This document shows, one piece after another, positions 29,212-37,892 of a stretch of DNA of 60,651 bases. The position numbers were made by a program, and so were the translations under genes. The notes below the pieces were generated by a model, which saw only the letters and a program-made list of their open reading frames with translations, had not been told where the DNA came from and ran no database searches. The stretch spans positions 1 through 60,651 of the forward strand of contig JAIQFM010000001.1 in NCBI GenBank assembly GCA_020073285.1, given 5' to 3'. Each line of letters starts with the position of its first letter. The first letter of the stretch is position 1. The DNA is from Terriglobia bacterium. Its GTDB lineage: Bacteria > Acidobacteriota > Terriglobia > Terriglobales > Acidobacteriaceae.

Positions 29212-29308
29212 CGGGCGCTGGTTTTGGCCTTCCCGCCGGTCCCGAAACTCACTGAAAAAACGTGCTTATCTCGGGCAGCGATAGGTTCTTTTTGCGCCCG
29301 CAATGGAG

Positions 29309-29314
29309 TATAAT
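29309..29314 (+). promoter_or_regulatory. Perfect TATAAT -10 box upstream of the AlkP-family gene
   Basis: TATAAT lies 71 nt upstream of ATG 29385 in an otherwise GC-rich gap. No clear -35 element. Confidence 0.3.
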
Positions 29315-29384
29315 TCCACATATCTTTGGGGTGCGCTGTTCCCTTGCATTAAGGCAATTTTTCGAAAAGCCGAGGTTTGCTCCC

Positions 29385-30644
29385 ATGAAAAGAACATTGA
29401 CCGGCATCGGTATTTGCCTGGCTGTGCTGTGCCTGGCCGCACTTCCCGCAGCGGCCCAGAAATCGAATCCTCCGCGTCCCCGCGTGTTAGTGATCGGCGT
29501 CAATGGCATGGAATTGGACATCATCCGTCCGCTCCTGGTGGAAGGCAAACTGCCCAACCTGGCGCACCTGATCAAGAACGGCACCTACGGAAAACTGCGC
29601 ACCACATCGGCGCCCAATTGCCCCAAGGTTTACAGCACCATCTTCACCAGCACGCCGCCGGCCGAGCATGGCGTCACCGGCTTCCTGGTGAACGGCATCA
29701 CCGCTAACACCCACATGTTGAAAGAGGAGCCCATCTGGTCCTTCCTCTCCAAGGCGGGGGTGACAGTCGGCATGGCCAACGTCCCGGCGACCTTCCCGGT
29801 GATGCCGGTCAACGGCTACATGGTTAGCGGCATGCTCACCCGCGGCAAGGACTGTGAAGACGGCGTTCTGTGCGCTCCCAAGCTGACGGAGGTGGAGGGC
29901 GGCAAGGCGGTCTATCCCGACAGCCTGAAGCAGGAGTTGCTCACCAATGTCGGCGATTACTACATTGACTGCTCCCGCATGCCGGCCGCCGAGGAGCTCA
30001 AGGGCAAGGAGACCGAGGTCATCAATGCCTGGCTGGCTAAGGTGGACCTGATCCGCGCACAGCAGACCAAGCTGTTCGAGTACCTGCTGACCAACCATCC
30101 CAAGGATTTCACCTTCCTGGGCCAGTCCTGCGAAGACCGCACCGGACACTGGCTCTATCCCATCCAGCCCTTCAACGCCGGCTATAACCCGAAGATCAAT
30201 GATGTGCGCCTCAATGCCTTCCCCAACCAGTACATCGCCATGGACAAGGTCTTGGGGACGATCCTGAAGCATATCGACGAGAACACCTACGTGTTCATGA
30301 TCTCCGACCACGGCATCAAGCCGCTGCGCGAGTTCGAGGAAACCAACCCGCACGCCCACATGGATCACGAGAAGACGACGCCGGTGATCGCCAAACATGA
30401 CTTCGCCGACGGCGACGACGTCCCCGGCTCCATCGTCGTCATGGGTCCGAACATCAAGAAGGACAACCGGCTGATGGGCTTCGAAGCGAGCGTGTATGAC
30501 ATCGCTCCCACCTTGCTGCACATCTACGGCATCAAGCCTGGGCCGGAGATGCAGGGTCATGTGCTGACGGAGATCTTCACCAGCGGCGCGGCGCCCGTGA
30601 AAACCGCTTCGGCGGCACCGGCACCGGCAGAACACTCGCACTAA
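29385..30644 (+). CDS. Alkaline phosphatase family protein (type I phosphodiesterase/nucleotide pyrophosphatase-like), secreted
   Basis: ORF trimmed to MKRTLTGIGICLAVLCLAALPAAAQ, with GAGG upstream. VLVIGVNGMELDIIRPLLVEGKLPNL and FMISDHGIKP blocks resemble the PF01663-type family as I recall it. Confidence 0.6.
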   Translation: MKRTLTGIGICLAVLCLAALPAAAQKSNPPRPRVLVIGVNGMELDIIRPLLVEGKLPNLAHLIKNGTYGKLRTTSAPNCPKVYSTIFTSTPPAEHGVTGFLVNGITANTHMLKEEPIWSFLSKAGVTVGMANVPATFPVMPVNGYMVSGMLTRGKDCEDGVLCAPKLTEVEGGKAVYPDSLKQELLTNVGDYYIDCSRMPAAEELKGKETEVINAWLAKVDLIRAQQTKLFEYLLTNHPKDFTFLGQSCEDRTGHWLYPIQPFNAGYNPKINDVRLNAFPNQYIAMDKVLGTILKHIDENTYVFMISDHGIKPLREFEETNPHAHMDHEKTTPVIAKHDFADGDDVPGSIVVMGPNIKKDNRLMGFEASVYDIAPTLLHIYGIKPGPEMQGHVLTEIFTSGAAPVKTASAAPAPAEHSH

Positions 30645-30657
30645 GTACCTGGATGGG

Positions 30658-30689
30658 AAAGCCCGGTTCCGTTAGGGATCGGGCTTTTT
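30658..30689 (+). terminator. Rho-independent terminator after the AlkP-family gene
   Basis: AAAGCCCG (30658-30665) pairs with CGGGCTTT (30680-30687) and is followed by a T-run (30685-89), 14 nt after the stop. Confidence 0.7.
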
Positions 30690-30733
30690 GCTGTACGCCA
30701 AACGGCGGAACCGGCCGATCGGCGCGTAGTTCT

Positions 30734-30772
30734 CAATTCCGCAATTACGCAATTCCGCAGTTCGGCAATTCA
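30734..30772. repeat. Second CAATTCCG octamer array (direct tandem, about 5 units)
   Basis: CAATTCCG CAATTACG CAATTCCG CAGTTCGG CAATTCA. It abuts or overlaps the stop codon (30770-30772) of the minus-strand sulfatase-TPR gene. Confidence 0.8.
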
Positions 30773-32722
30773 ACGATGCCGCAAGCGCGCGGCATGGGCG
30801 GCTGCTTTGCGGGCCTCGGCCTCATTGCCGGTGGCACGGTAAGCCTGTTCGAGCAGGGCGTACGCCTCGGCGTTCTTCGGCTGCAGGCGCGTTACCTGCT
30901 CAAGCTGGCGGACGGCGGCGGAATATTCCTTGTCCTCCAGCAGAACGCGTCCCAACTCCAGCCTGACTTCGCTGTTTTCCGGCTGCATGAGAACCGCGGC
31001 CTCCAACTGGTCCTCTGCCTTCTTCAGCTGACCGCCGCGGCCATATACGTTACCCAGCAACCTTCGCGCCTCGACTTGTGCCGGCACGAGCTTGAGGCTT
31101 TGCTCCAGCGCCTCCGCCGCGCCTGCCAGGTCTCCGGCTTTCGCGCGGGCCACGCCCAGATAGTAGAGAGCGTTCGAGTCGCTGGGGCGCAGCTTGACGG
31201 CCGCCGCGAGATGCTCGGCAGCTTGCCGGTAGTCCGCCGTCTTGACCTCCACTTGCCCAAGTTCCGACAGCGCCGGCGCCGACGAAGCATCCAGCGCAAC
31301 CGCCTTCAGCAAATCGGCGCGCGCTTCCGTTGCCCGGCCGTCCTCGATAGCGAGATCCGCCTTGTGAATCAAGTTCTGGATTTCGATCTTATCCTTGGGA
31401 TCGGGCAGCATCGACGGCTCGGGAACGGTCGTCGAGCCGCGGGTCTCGGGAAAATACCCCAGCGCCTTCAACTCGGCGATTTTCTCTGGGCTCACCGCTC
31501 CCTCCGAGGTCGGGTTCAATGGCGGCAGTGTTGCCACCATCGCGCGCAGTTCCCGGACTTTCGCGTCCCAAGGCGCGTACACGCTGTGGAGTTCGCCGGG
31601 ATCGGTGTGCAGGTCGTACAACTCCGGCTGCGGCGCTTCGATGTACTTGAAGCCGGTGGCGCGCACCGCCCGCAACGGCGCCCATCCGAAACGCATCGGG
31701 TACTCCGTTTCCGCCAGCGCGGGGCGATCGGCAGTTTCGCTGCCCAGGAGGTACAGCTTCAGCGACGCACCATCAAGCTTCGCCGACGGCTTGATGCCCA
31801 GCACGTCCAGCACTGTGGGCAGCAAGTCAATCGTGCGCACCTGCGCATTGACGCTCTGGCCGGCGCGCGCCCGGCGCGGCAATTTGATCAGCAGCGGAAC
31901 GTGCGTGGTCGCGTCATAAAGAAAAATGCCGTGGGTGTCCTCGTGATGCTCGCCCAAACCCTCGCCGTGATCGCCGACGATGATTACCAGCGCGTTGTCG
32001 TACCGCCCTTGCTGCCGCAGGAAGCGAAGCAAATGCCCCAGGGCAGCGTCGGCATAGGCAATCTCTCCATCGTAGAGATGATCCTTGTATTTTTCGTTGT
32101 AAGGCGCGGGCGGTTCGTAGGGATCGTGCGCATCGTAGAAGTGCACCCAGACAAACTGTGGGCCGGCGCGATGGGCTTGCAACCAGTCTTCCGCGCGCTG
32201 CGCCACGTCCATCCCGCAGCGCTCCACCCGTCCCCATCGCGACTTGCCGGCCGCTTTTTCGGGGAAGTTGTCGTAGAAGTCGAAGCCGCGGTCGAACCCG
32301 GGCGCCAGCGCCTTGCTGTCGAGAATCACGGCCCCGATGAACGCCGCCGTGTGGTAACCATCCTGCTTCAGCAGTTCCGCCCAGGTGGGAAACTTCGCCG
32401 CCAGAGGCGAGCCGAAATCCCGCACTCCGTGCGTCGAAGGATAATCGCCGGTCAGAATGCTGGCGTGCGAGCTGTTGGTAATCGGGCTGACGGTGAACGC
32501 TTCGATGAAGCGCACGCCGTCCGCCGCCACCGCATCAAGGTTGGGCGTCTGCACCTGCTTGTAGCCATAGCAGCCGACGTGGTCCGCGCGCAGCGTGTCC
32601 ATGGTGATGAGATAAACGTCGGGGCGCTGCCGCGACGCGGTGGTTGCGGCAGCTTTGGCTTGCGCGTACAGCAGCGTCGCTGCGCTGAGAAACAAAGCGA
32701 GGTGGAAGAAACGGGCAGTCAT
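30770..32722 (-). CDS. Sulfatase-fold (alkaline phosphatase superfamily) / TPR fusion protein, paralogue 1
   Basis: Signal peptide MTARFFHLALFLSAATLLYAQA. ITMDTLRADHVGCYGY, TNSSHASILTGDYPSTHG and GDHGEGLGEHHEDTHG blocks. C-terminal TPRs. Confidence 0.8.
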   Translation of the reverse strand: MTARFFHLALFLSAATLLYAQAKAAATTASRQRPDVYLITMDTLRADHVGCYGYKQVQTPNLDAVAADGVRFIEAFTVSPITNSSHASILTGDYPSTHGVRDFGSPLAAKFPTWAELLKQDGYHTAAFIGAVILDSKALAPGFDRGFDFYDNFPEKAAGKSRWGRVERCGMDVAQRAEDWLQAHRAGPQFVWVHFYDAHDPYEPPAPYNEKYKDHLYDGEIAYADAALGHLLRFLRQQGRYDNALVIIVGDHGEGLGEHHEDTHGIFLYDATTHVPLLIKLPRRARAGQSVNAQVRTIDLLPTVLDVLGIKPSAKLDGASLKLYLLGSETADRPALAETEYPMRFGWAPLRAVRATGFKYIEAPQPELYDLHTDPGELHSVYAPWDAKVRELRAMVATLPPLNPTSEGAVSPEKIAELKALGYFPETRGSTTVPEPSMLPDPKDKIEIQNLIHKADLAIEDGRATEARADLLKAVALDASSAPALSELGQVEVKTADYRQAAEHLAAAVKLRPSDSNALYYLGVARAKAGDLAGAAEALEQSLKLVPAQVEARRLLGNVYGRGGQLKKAEDQLEAAVLMQPENSEVRLELGRVLLEDKEYSAAVRQLEQVTRLQPKNAEAYALLEQAYRATGNEAEARKAAAHAARLRHR

Positions 32723-32747
32723 CAGTGGCCAGGCTAGCACAGACTAG

Positions 32748-32885
32748 TTAGTGCGTTGCGCCAGGTAGCGGCTGTACCATGCAGCCTCGGGCCTCAAAAA
32801 ATCGGGAGATGTCCTTTCCCTCCTTGGCCATCCGCGCAATCTTCTCAGCACTGACCGCTTTCGTCGGCTTACGAGATCTCTTCAT
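32748..32885 (-). CDS. Small ORF (45 aa) resembling the N-terminal part of a CopG/BrnA-type antitoxin; possibly a remnant
   Basis: MKRSRKPTKAVSAEKIARMAKEGKDISRFFEARG... The A..EGKDIS.FF pattern is similar to antitoxin N-termini as I recall them, but no ribbon-helix-helix part follows. Confidence 0.25.
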   Translation of the reverse strand: MKRSRKPTKAVSAEKIARMAKEGKDISRFFEARGCMVQPLPGATH

Positions 32886-32933
32886 ATCAAGCGTGCAGTA
32901 TATACTTTCGTACCCTTTCGAAAGACCTGACGC

Positions 32934-33773
32934 GTGCCCGACCTCACTTCTCCCGCTCTGAGCCTCTCCGCCGCCGTCACCTGGGGCGCCGCTGACTTCA
33001 GCGGCGGTATCGCTACCAAGACCGCCAACGCTTTCAACGTCGTGGTGATCGCGCATGCTACGGGCTTAGTGTTCATGGTGTCGCTGGCCCTTCTTGTCGG
33101 CGAACCGATTCCGGGTTGGACCACCCTGCTCTGGGGAGCGGTCGCGGGCCTGATTGGCGGCATCGGCCTGGCGGCCTTCTACAAGGCTCTGGCCATCGGC
33201 ACCATGGGCATCAACGCGCCTCTCTCAGCCGTGATCACCGCGCTGGTTCCGCTGCTGTTCAGCTTCATCACCGAAGGTCTGCCGCAGACAGTTCAGATAG
33301 TCGGGTTTGCGCTGGCGATGCTGTGTATCTGGATGGTCGCCTCGCCGCATGGGGCGGCCGGCAAATCCAAAGGTCTCGCCCTCGCCGTGCTCGCCGGCAT
33401 TGGCTTCGGCGGTTTTCTTCTCTTCATCAAGCTGGCGGGATCGCAATCGGTTTTCTGGCCGCTGGTCTCCGCCCGCGCAGCCTCGACGCTTCTCATGCTG
33501 GCCATTTTCCTGCTATCTGGCGGCGCTTGGAACATGGGTCGGGCCGTCCTGTCCTGGATGCTGGTGGCGGGCGTGCTCGACTCCGGCGCCAATGCGCTGT
33601 TCGTCGCCGCCGCGCATCGCGGCCGCCTGGACGTGGCTGCCGTGCTCTCCTCTCTCTATCCCGCCAGCACCGTCGTGTTGGCTCGCTTGGTGCTGAAGGA
33701 ACATCTTTCGCGGCTGCAGTTTGCCGGCATGCTGCTGGCGCTATTCGCGGTTGCCATGATCGCCGGCAGATGA
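32934..33773 (+). CDS. EamA/DMT family transporter (full-length, about 10 TM)
   Basis: 279 aa. Two EamA-like halves. GTG start. Confidence 0.8.
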   Translation: MPDLTSPALSLSAAVTWGAADFSGGIATKTANAFNVVVIAHATGLVFMVSLALLVGEPIPGWTTLLWGAVAGLIGGIGLAAFYKALAIGTMGINAPLSAVITALVPLLFSFITEGLPQTVQIVGFALAMLCIWMVASPHGAAGKSKGLALAVLAGIGFGGFLLFIKLAGSQSVFWPLVSARAASTLLMLAIFLLSGGAWNMGRAVLSWMLVAGVLDSGANALFVAAAHRGRLDVAAVLSSLYPASTVVLARLVLKEHLSRLQFAGMLLALFAVAMIAGR

Positions 33774-33815
33774 GCCGCCCGCGCGCTCCGTCGCTCGTGT
33801 CGCGGCACGACCATA

Positions 33816-33821
33816 TATAAT
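33816..33821 (+). promoter_or_regulatory. Perfect TATAAT -10 box upstream of the tandem sulfatase-TPR genes
   Basis: TATATAAT lies 28 nt upstream of ATG 33849. No clear -35 element. Confidence 0.3.
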
Positions 33822-33848
33822 TAACACCCACTTACACTGATTCCGGTC

Positions 33849-35798
33849 ATGCGTCTCAGCAATTTCATGCAGGCGTTGATTTGCTGTTTGTGCTGTCTCG
33901 CCGCACAGGCCGGCTGGGCAGGGGTTTCCGACAAGCCGAACGTCCTGATCGTCACCATTGATACGCTGCGCGCCGACCACGTCGGCTGCTACGGCTACAA
34001 GCCGGGGCACACGCCGAACATCGACAGCCTCGCCGCCGATGGCGTGCTGTTCAAGCAGGCGTTCACGCCGGTTCCGATCACGCTGCCGTCGCACACGGTG
34101 ATCTTCACCGGCACCTACCCGATGCTGAACGGCATGCACGACTTCAGCGGCAATCGCGTGAGCCGCGACCAGCCGACGCTGGCTTCCATCCTGAAGAGCA
34201 ACGGATACACAACCGGGGCGGTGATCGCCTCCGCCGTGCTCGATTCGCGCTTTGGGCTCAATCGCGGCTTCGACTTCTATTACGACCATTTCGACTTCAA
34301 CCGCCTGCTGGAAAGCAATCTCGATGCCATGGAGCGTCCGGCCAACGTGGTCGCCGACGAAGCCCTCCGCTGGTTGGAGCAGCACTATCAGAAGCGTTTT
34401 CTGCTGTGGGTGCACCTCTACGATCCGCATCATCCGTATAACCCGCCTGCGCCTTATCGCGAAACTTTCAAGTCTCATCCTTACGACGGCGAGATCGCAT
34501 TCGCCGACGCGCAGCTCGGGCGCATTCTCACCTTTCTGAAGAAAAAGGGTGTGTATGGCCATACCCTGATTGTCTTCTTGGCCGATCACGGCGAAGGCCT
34601 GGGCGATCACGGCGAGAAGAACCATGGTTTTTTCATCTACAACTCCACATTGCACGTGCCGCTCATCTTCAAGCTGCCGGCGGCGGGCACGCGTCGTCAG
34701 GTAACGCAGGCGGTCAGCACGGTAGATGTGCTGCCGACCATCCTTGATGAATTGCAGATCGCGGTCCCCAAGGCGGTGCAGGGCCGCACGCTGGCGGCGG
34801 CCTTGCGCGGAAAGACCGCCGAGGCGAGCCCGATCTACAGCGAGAGTTTCCTGCCGCGCCTGCATTTCAACTGGAGCGAATTGCGCGGCCTGCAGGACGA
34901 GTCGTACAAGTTCATCGACGGGCCGAAGCCCGAACTCTACGATCTCAGTTCCGATCCCGGCGAACTCCACAATTTGTACGCCGCGAAACCCGCGGTCTCG
35001 CAGGAACTGCAGTCTCGCCTTGGCTCGGTGGTAACCAAGTACACGCAAGGTCAGGGCATGGCGGAGAAAACGCCGCTCGATCCGGCGCTGGCCGAGCGGC
35101 TGCGAGCGCTCGGTTACACCGCGTTTGCCGGCGGCGGCGATCCGGCGGTGAGCAATCGCAATCTCCCCGACGCCAAGGACCGCATCGAGTTCTACCAGCA
35201 GTTCGCCGACGCCATGGACGACAGCCAGCATCACCGCTACACCGACGCAGTCGAGAAACTCAAGCCACTGCTGAAGACGGAACCCGAATCCGTGCCGGTG
35301 CGCTATCTGCTGGGCTCGAACTATTACCGCATGAAACGATTTTCCGGTGCGGTGGAGGAGTTTCAGCGCGTCGTGAAGCTGAGTCCCGACTACGCGCTGG
35401 CGAATTACTGGCTCGGCCTGTCCTACGCGCAAGCGAGCGAATATGAGAACTCCATTGCTTCGTTTCAGACGACGTTGAAGCTGGACGGCACGAACTTTTC
35501 TGCCGCGTTTAACATGGGCGCGGCCGAGTTGAAGCTGGGGCGCGTGGAGCAGGCCGCTGATGCGTTTCGGCAATCGGTTTCCATTTATCCCGAATACGCG
35601 GAGGGCTTCCTTGCGCTCGGCGAGGTACTGCTGTATCAATCGAAGCTCGATGACGCGCTGACGCAACTTCAGAAAGCGGTGCGCCTGGAGCCTGCCAACC
35701 CGCACGCCCACGCCGTACTGGCCAAGGCGCTGGAGGCCAAAGGCCGTCACGCCGAAGCGGTCGAAGAAATGAAGCGGGCGGGAGCGCCCCAGCAGTAG
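33849..35798 (+). CDS. Sulfatase-fold / TPR fusion protein, paralogue 2
   Basis: Signal peptide. VTIDTLRADHVGCYGY, TLPSHTVIFTGTYPMLNG and ADHGEGLGDHGEKNHG blocks. C-terminal TPRs. Confidence 0.82.
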   Translation: MRLSNFMQALICCLCCLAAQAGWAGVSDKPNVLIVTIDTLRADHVGCYGYKPGHTPNIDSLAADGVLFKQAFTPVPITLPSHTVIFTGTYPMLNGMHDFSGNRVSRDQPTLASILKSNGYTTGAVIASAVLDSRFGLNRGFDFYYDHFDFNRLLESNLDAMERPANVVADEALRWLEQHYQKRFLLWVHLYDPHHPYNPPAPYRETFKSHPYDGEIAFADAQLGRILTFLKKKGVYGHTLIVFLADHGEGLGDHGEKNHGFFIYNSTLHVPLIFKLPAAGTRRQVTQAVSTVDVLPTILDELQIAVPKAVQGRTLAAALRGKTAEASPIYSESFLPRLHFNWSELRGLQDESYKFIDGPKPELYDLSSDPGELHNLYAAKPAVSQELQSRLGSVVTKYTQGQGMAEKTPLDPALAERLRALGYTAFAGGGDPAVSNRNLPDAKDRIEFYQQFADAMDDSQHHRYTDAVEKLKPLLKTEPESVPVRYLLGSNYYRMKRFSGAVEEFQRVVKLSPDYALANYWLGLSYAQASEYENSIASFQTTLKLDGTNFSAAFNMGAAELKLGRVEQAADAFRQSVSIYPEYAEGFLALGEVLLYQSKLDDALTQLQKAVRLEPANPHAHAVLAKALEAKGRHAEAVEEMKRAGAPQQ

Positions 35799-35804
35799 GT
35801 CGCG

Positions 35805-37892
35805 ATGGCATTGCACCGCAATCCAATCCGCTGCACGTTGCTGGTTCTGGTTGTGGCGTGCGTGGCGACGGCCCAGACCGGCCGCGTCGCGCCCGCCAGA
35901 AAGCGGGCCGTACCATCGCATCCCAATATGCTGCTGGTCACGATTGATACGGTTCGCGCCGACCACATCGGATGCTACGGCGCGACGACCATCGAGACCC
36001 CGGCCATCGATGCGCTGGCCAAGGACGGCGTGCTCTTCGAGCGCGCCCTCTCGCAGGTGCCGCTGACCTGGCCTTCACACGTCACTATCCTGACCGGAAC
36101 ATATCCTTTCCATAACGGGGTTCAGGATTTCACCGGGCAGCCGCTGGCCGCGGAGTTCCGTTCCGTTGCGCAGTCGTTCAGCGATCATGGCTACGCCACG
36201 GCCGCGGTGATCAGTTCGTTTGTTCTCAATCGCAGCTGGGGGCTAGCGCGCGGGTTTGCGCATTACGACGATGCCTTTGCCGGAAATGCGTACCTGGAAT
36301 CCGGAGTCGGCTTGGTGGAGCGCAAGGCGGAGGAGAGCGTGAACCGCAGCCTCGCCTGGTTCCGCCATCGTCCTGCGAAGCCTTTTTTCTTTTGGCTTCA
36401 CCTCTACGATCCGCACAGCGGCTACGATCCGCCGGAGCCGTTTCGCTCCGCGTATCGCGATCGTCTCTACGACGGCGAAATCGCCTACGCCGACGCGCAA
36501 CTGGGAAGGCTGATCGCCTGGCTGAAGCAGAACCATCTCTACGACAATACGGCCGTCGTCTTGCTGAGCGATCACGGCGAGTCGCTGGGCGAGCACGGGG
36601 AGAAGGAGCATGGATTCTTCATCTACAATGCCACGCTGCACGTGCCGCTGGTGATCAAACCTGCCGGGAAACCGGAGGGCGCGCAGCGCATCGGCGATGT
36701 GGTGGAGATCACCGCCGTGGCTCCTACGCTGCTGAAATTGGCGGGAATCAGCGACCGTATTTCGACGCAGTTCGATACCCCTTCGCTGCTGCCAAAACCC
36801 AAGCTGGACGCGGCCTACAGCGAAACCATGTACCCGTTCAGTTCCTTTGGCTGGAACCCGCTGCGCAGCCTCGAGACCGGCGATTATCACTACATCGAAG
36901 CGCCCCGGCCTGAGCTCTACAATGTGCGCTCCGATCCGGGCGAGCTTCACAACCTGTTAGCCGAACAGCCGGCGACGGCCGCAGCCCTGAAACAACGGCT
37001 CGGCGAGCGCGTGGCACGAACTCCATCGCAGCCGGCGGGAACGCCCGCTGGCGCCGACGATGCGGTTACGGAAAAGCTGCGCGCGCTGGGATATCTCGCA
37101 TACCGTTCGCCTGTGCCCGCTTCCGCTCTGGGCAAACCTTTGCCCGATCCCAAAGACAAGGTCGGCGAACTGGAGAGCATCCTGGAATCGTCCGACGCGT
37201 TCCGAGCGGGGAACCCCGAGAAGGGCAAACAGTTGGCGCAGGAAGTTCAGGCGCAAGATCCCGGCCTCTACGTGATTCCTTTCATGTTGGGGGAGGAAGC
37301 GCTGGACCGGAAGCAATGGGCGGAAGCAGCCGCGCAGTTGGAAAAAGCGCTGCAACTGAATCCCGACTTCGACCAAGCCATGACCGCAGTGGCGCGGGCG
37401 TTGCACGAACAAGGGCGAGACCCGGATGCGGAGAGATGGGTGAAAAAGGCGATCGAGAGGAACTCGCGCAACTTCCGCGCTTGGTACGAGCTGGGGTGGA
37501 TCCAGTCGCGCGACAAGCCGGATGACGCCCGGCAGGCGTTGCGAAAGTCTCTCGACATCCAACCAAATTTTGCACTGGCGTACCGCGAATTGGGCATGAT
37601 CGAGTATCAGGCACGCGACTACACCATGGCCGCGCAGCATCTGCGGAAGGCTGTTGACTTGGGACTATCGAAACCGTACCTGCTCAATTTCTTGGGAATC
37701 GCCTATAGCCGGACTGGTCAGCTCGAGAAGGCGGTAGACAGCTATCGCCAAGCTTTGCAGCAGATGCCCAACCTGGCGGAAGCGCACTTGAACCTCGGCT
37801 TTGCCTACGAGCGGCTGCAACAGACGGCGCGAGCTGCCGAGGAATACGCCACCGCGTGCCGCCTGGACGCGAAGTTCTGCAACTTACGCTGA
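35805..37892 (+). CDS. Sulfatase-fold / TPR fusion protein, paralogue 3
   Basis: Starts 6 nt after paralogue 2. VTIDTVRADHIGCYG, TWPSHVTILTGTYPFHNG and SDHGESLGEHGEKEHG blocks. C-terminal TPRs. Confidence 0.82.
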   Translation: MALHRNPIRCTLLVLVVACVATAQTGRVAPARKRAVPSHPNMLLVTIDTVRADHIGCYGATTIETPAIDALAKDGVLFERALSQVPLTWPSHVTILTGTYPFHNGVQDFTGQPLAAEFRSVAQSFSDHGYATAAVISSFVLNRSWGLARGFAHYDDAFAGNAYLESGVGLVERKAEESVNRSLAWFRHRPAKPFFFWLHLYDPHSGYDPPEPFRSAYRDRLYDGEIAYADAQLGRLIAWLKQNHLYDNTAVVLLSDHGESLGEHGEKEHGFFIYNATLHVPLVIKPAGKPEGAQRIGDVVEITAVAPTLLKLAGISDRISTQFDTPSLLPKPKLDAAYSETMYPFSSFGWNPLRSLETGDYHYIEAPRPELYNVRSDPGELHNLLAEQPATAAALKQRLGERVARTPSQPAGTPAGADDAVTEKLRALGYLAYRSPVPASALGKPLPDPKDKVGELESILESSDAFRAGNPEKGKQLAQEVQAQDPGLYVIPFMLGEEALDRKQWAEAAAQLEKALQLNPDFDQAMTAVARALHEQGRDPDAERWVKKAIERNSRNFRAWYELGWIQSRDKPDDARQALRKSLDIQPNFALAYRELGMIEYQARDYTMAAQHLRKAVDLGLSKPYLLNFLGIAYSRTGQLEKAVDSYRQALQQMPNLAEAHLNLGFAYERLQQTARAAEEYATACRLDAKFCNLR

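Noticed and set aside
30653-32737. 694-aa plus-strand ORF
   Set aside because: Antisense to sulfatase-TPR paralogue 1. Arg/Gln-rich with no recognisable domain. Its N-terminus is just the octamer repeat read in frame.
33741-35966. 741-aa minus-strand ORF
   Set aside because: Antisense to sulfatase-TPR paralogue 2 and the start of paralogue 3. A shadow ORF with Arg/Leu/Gln bias.
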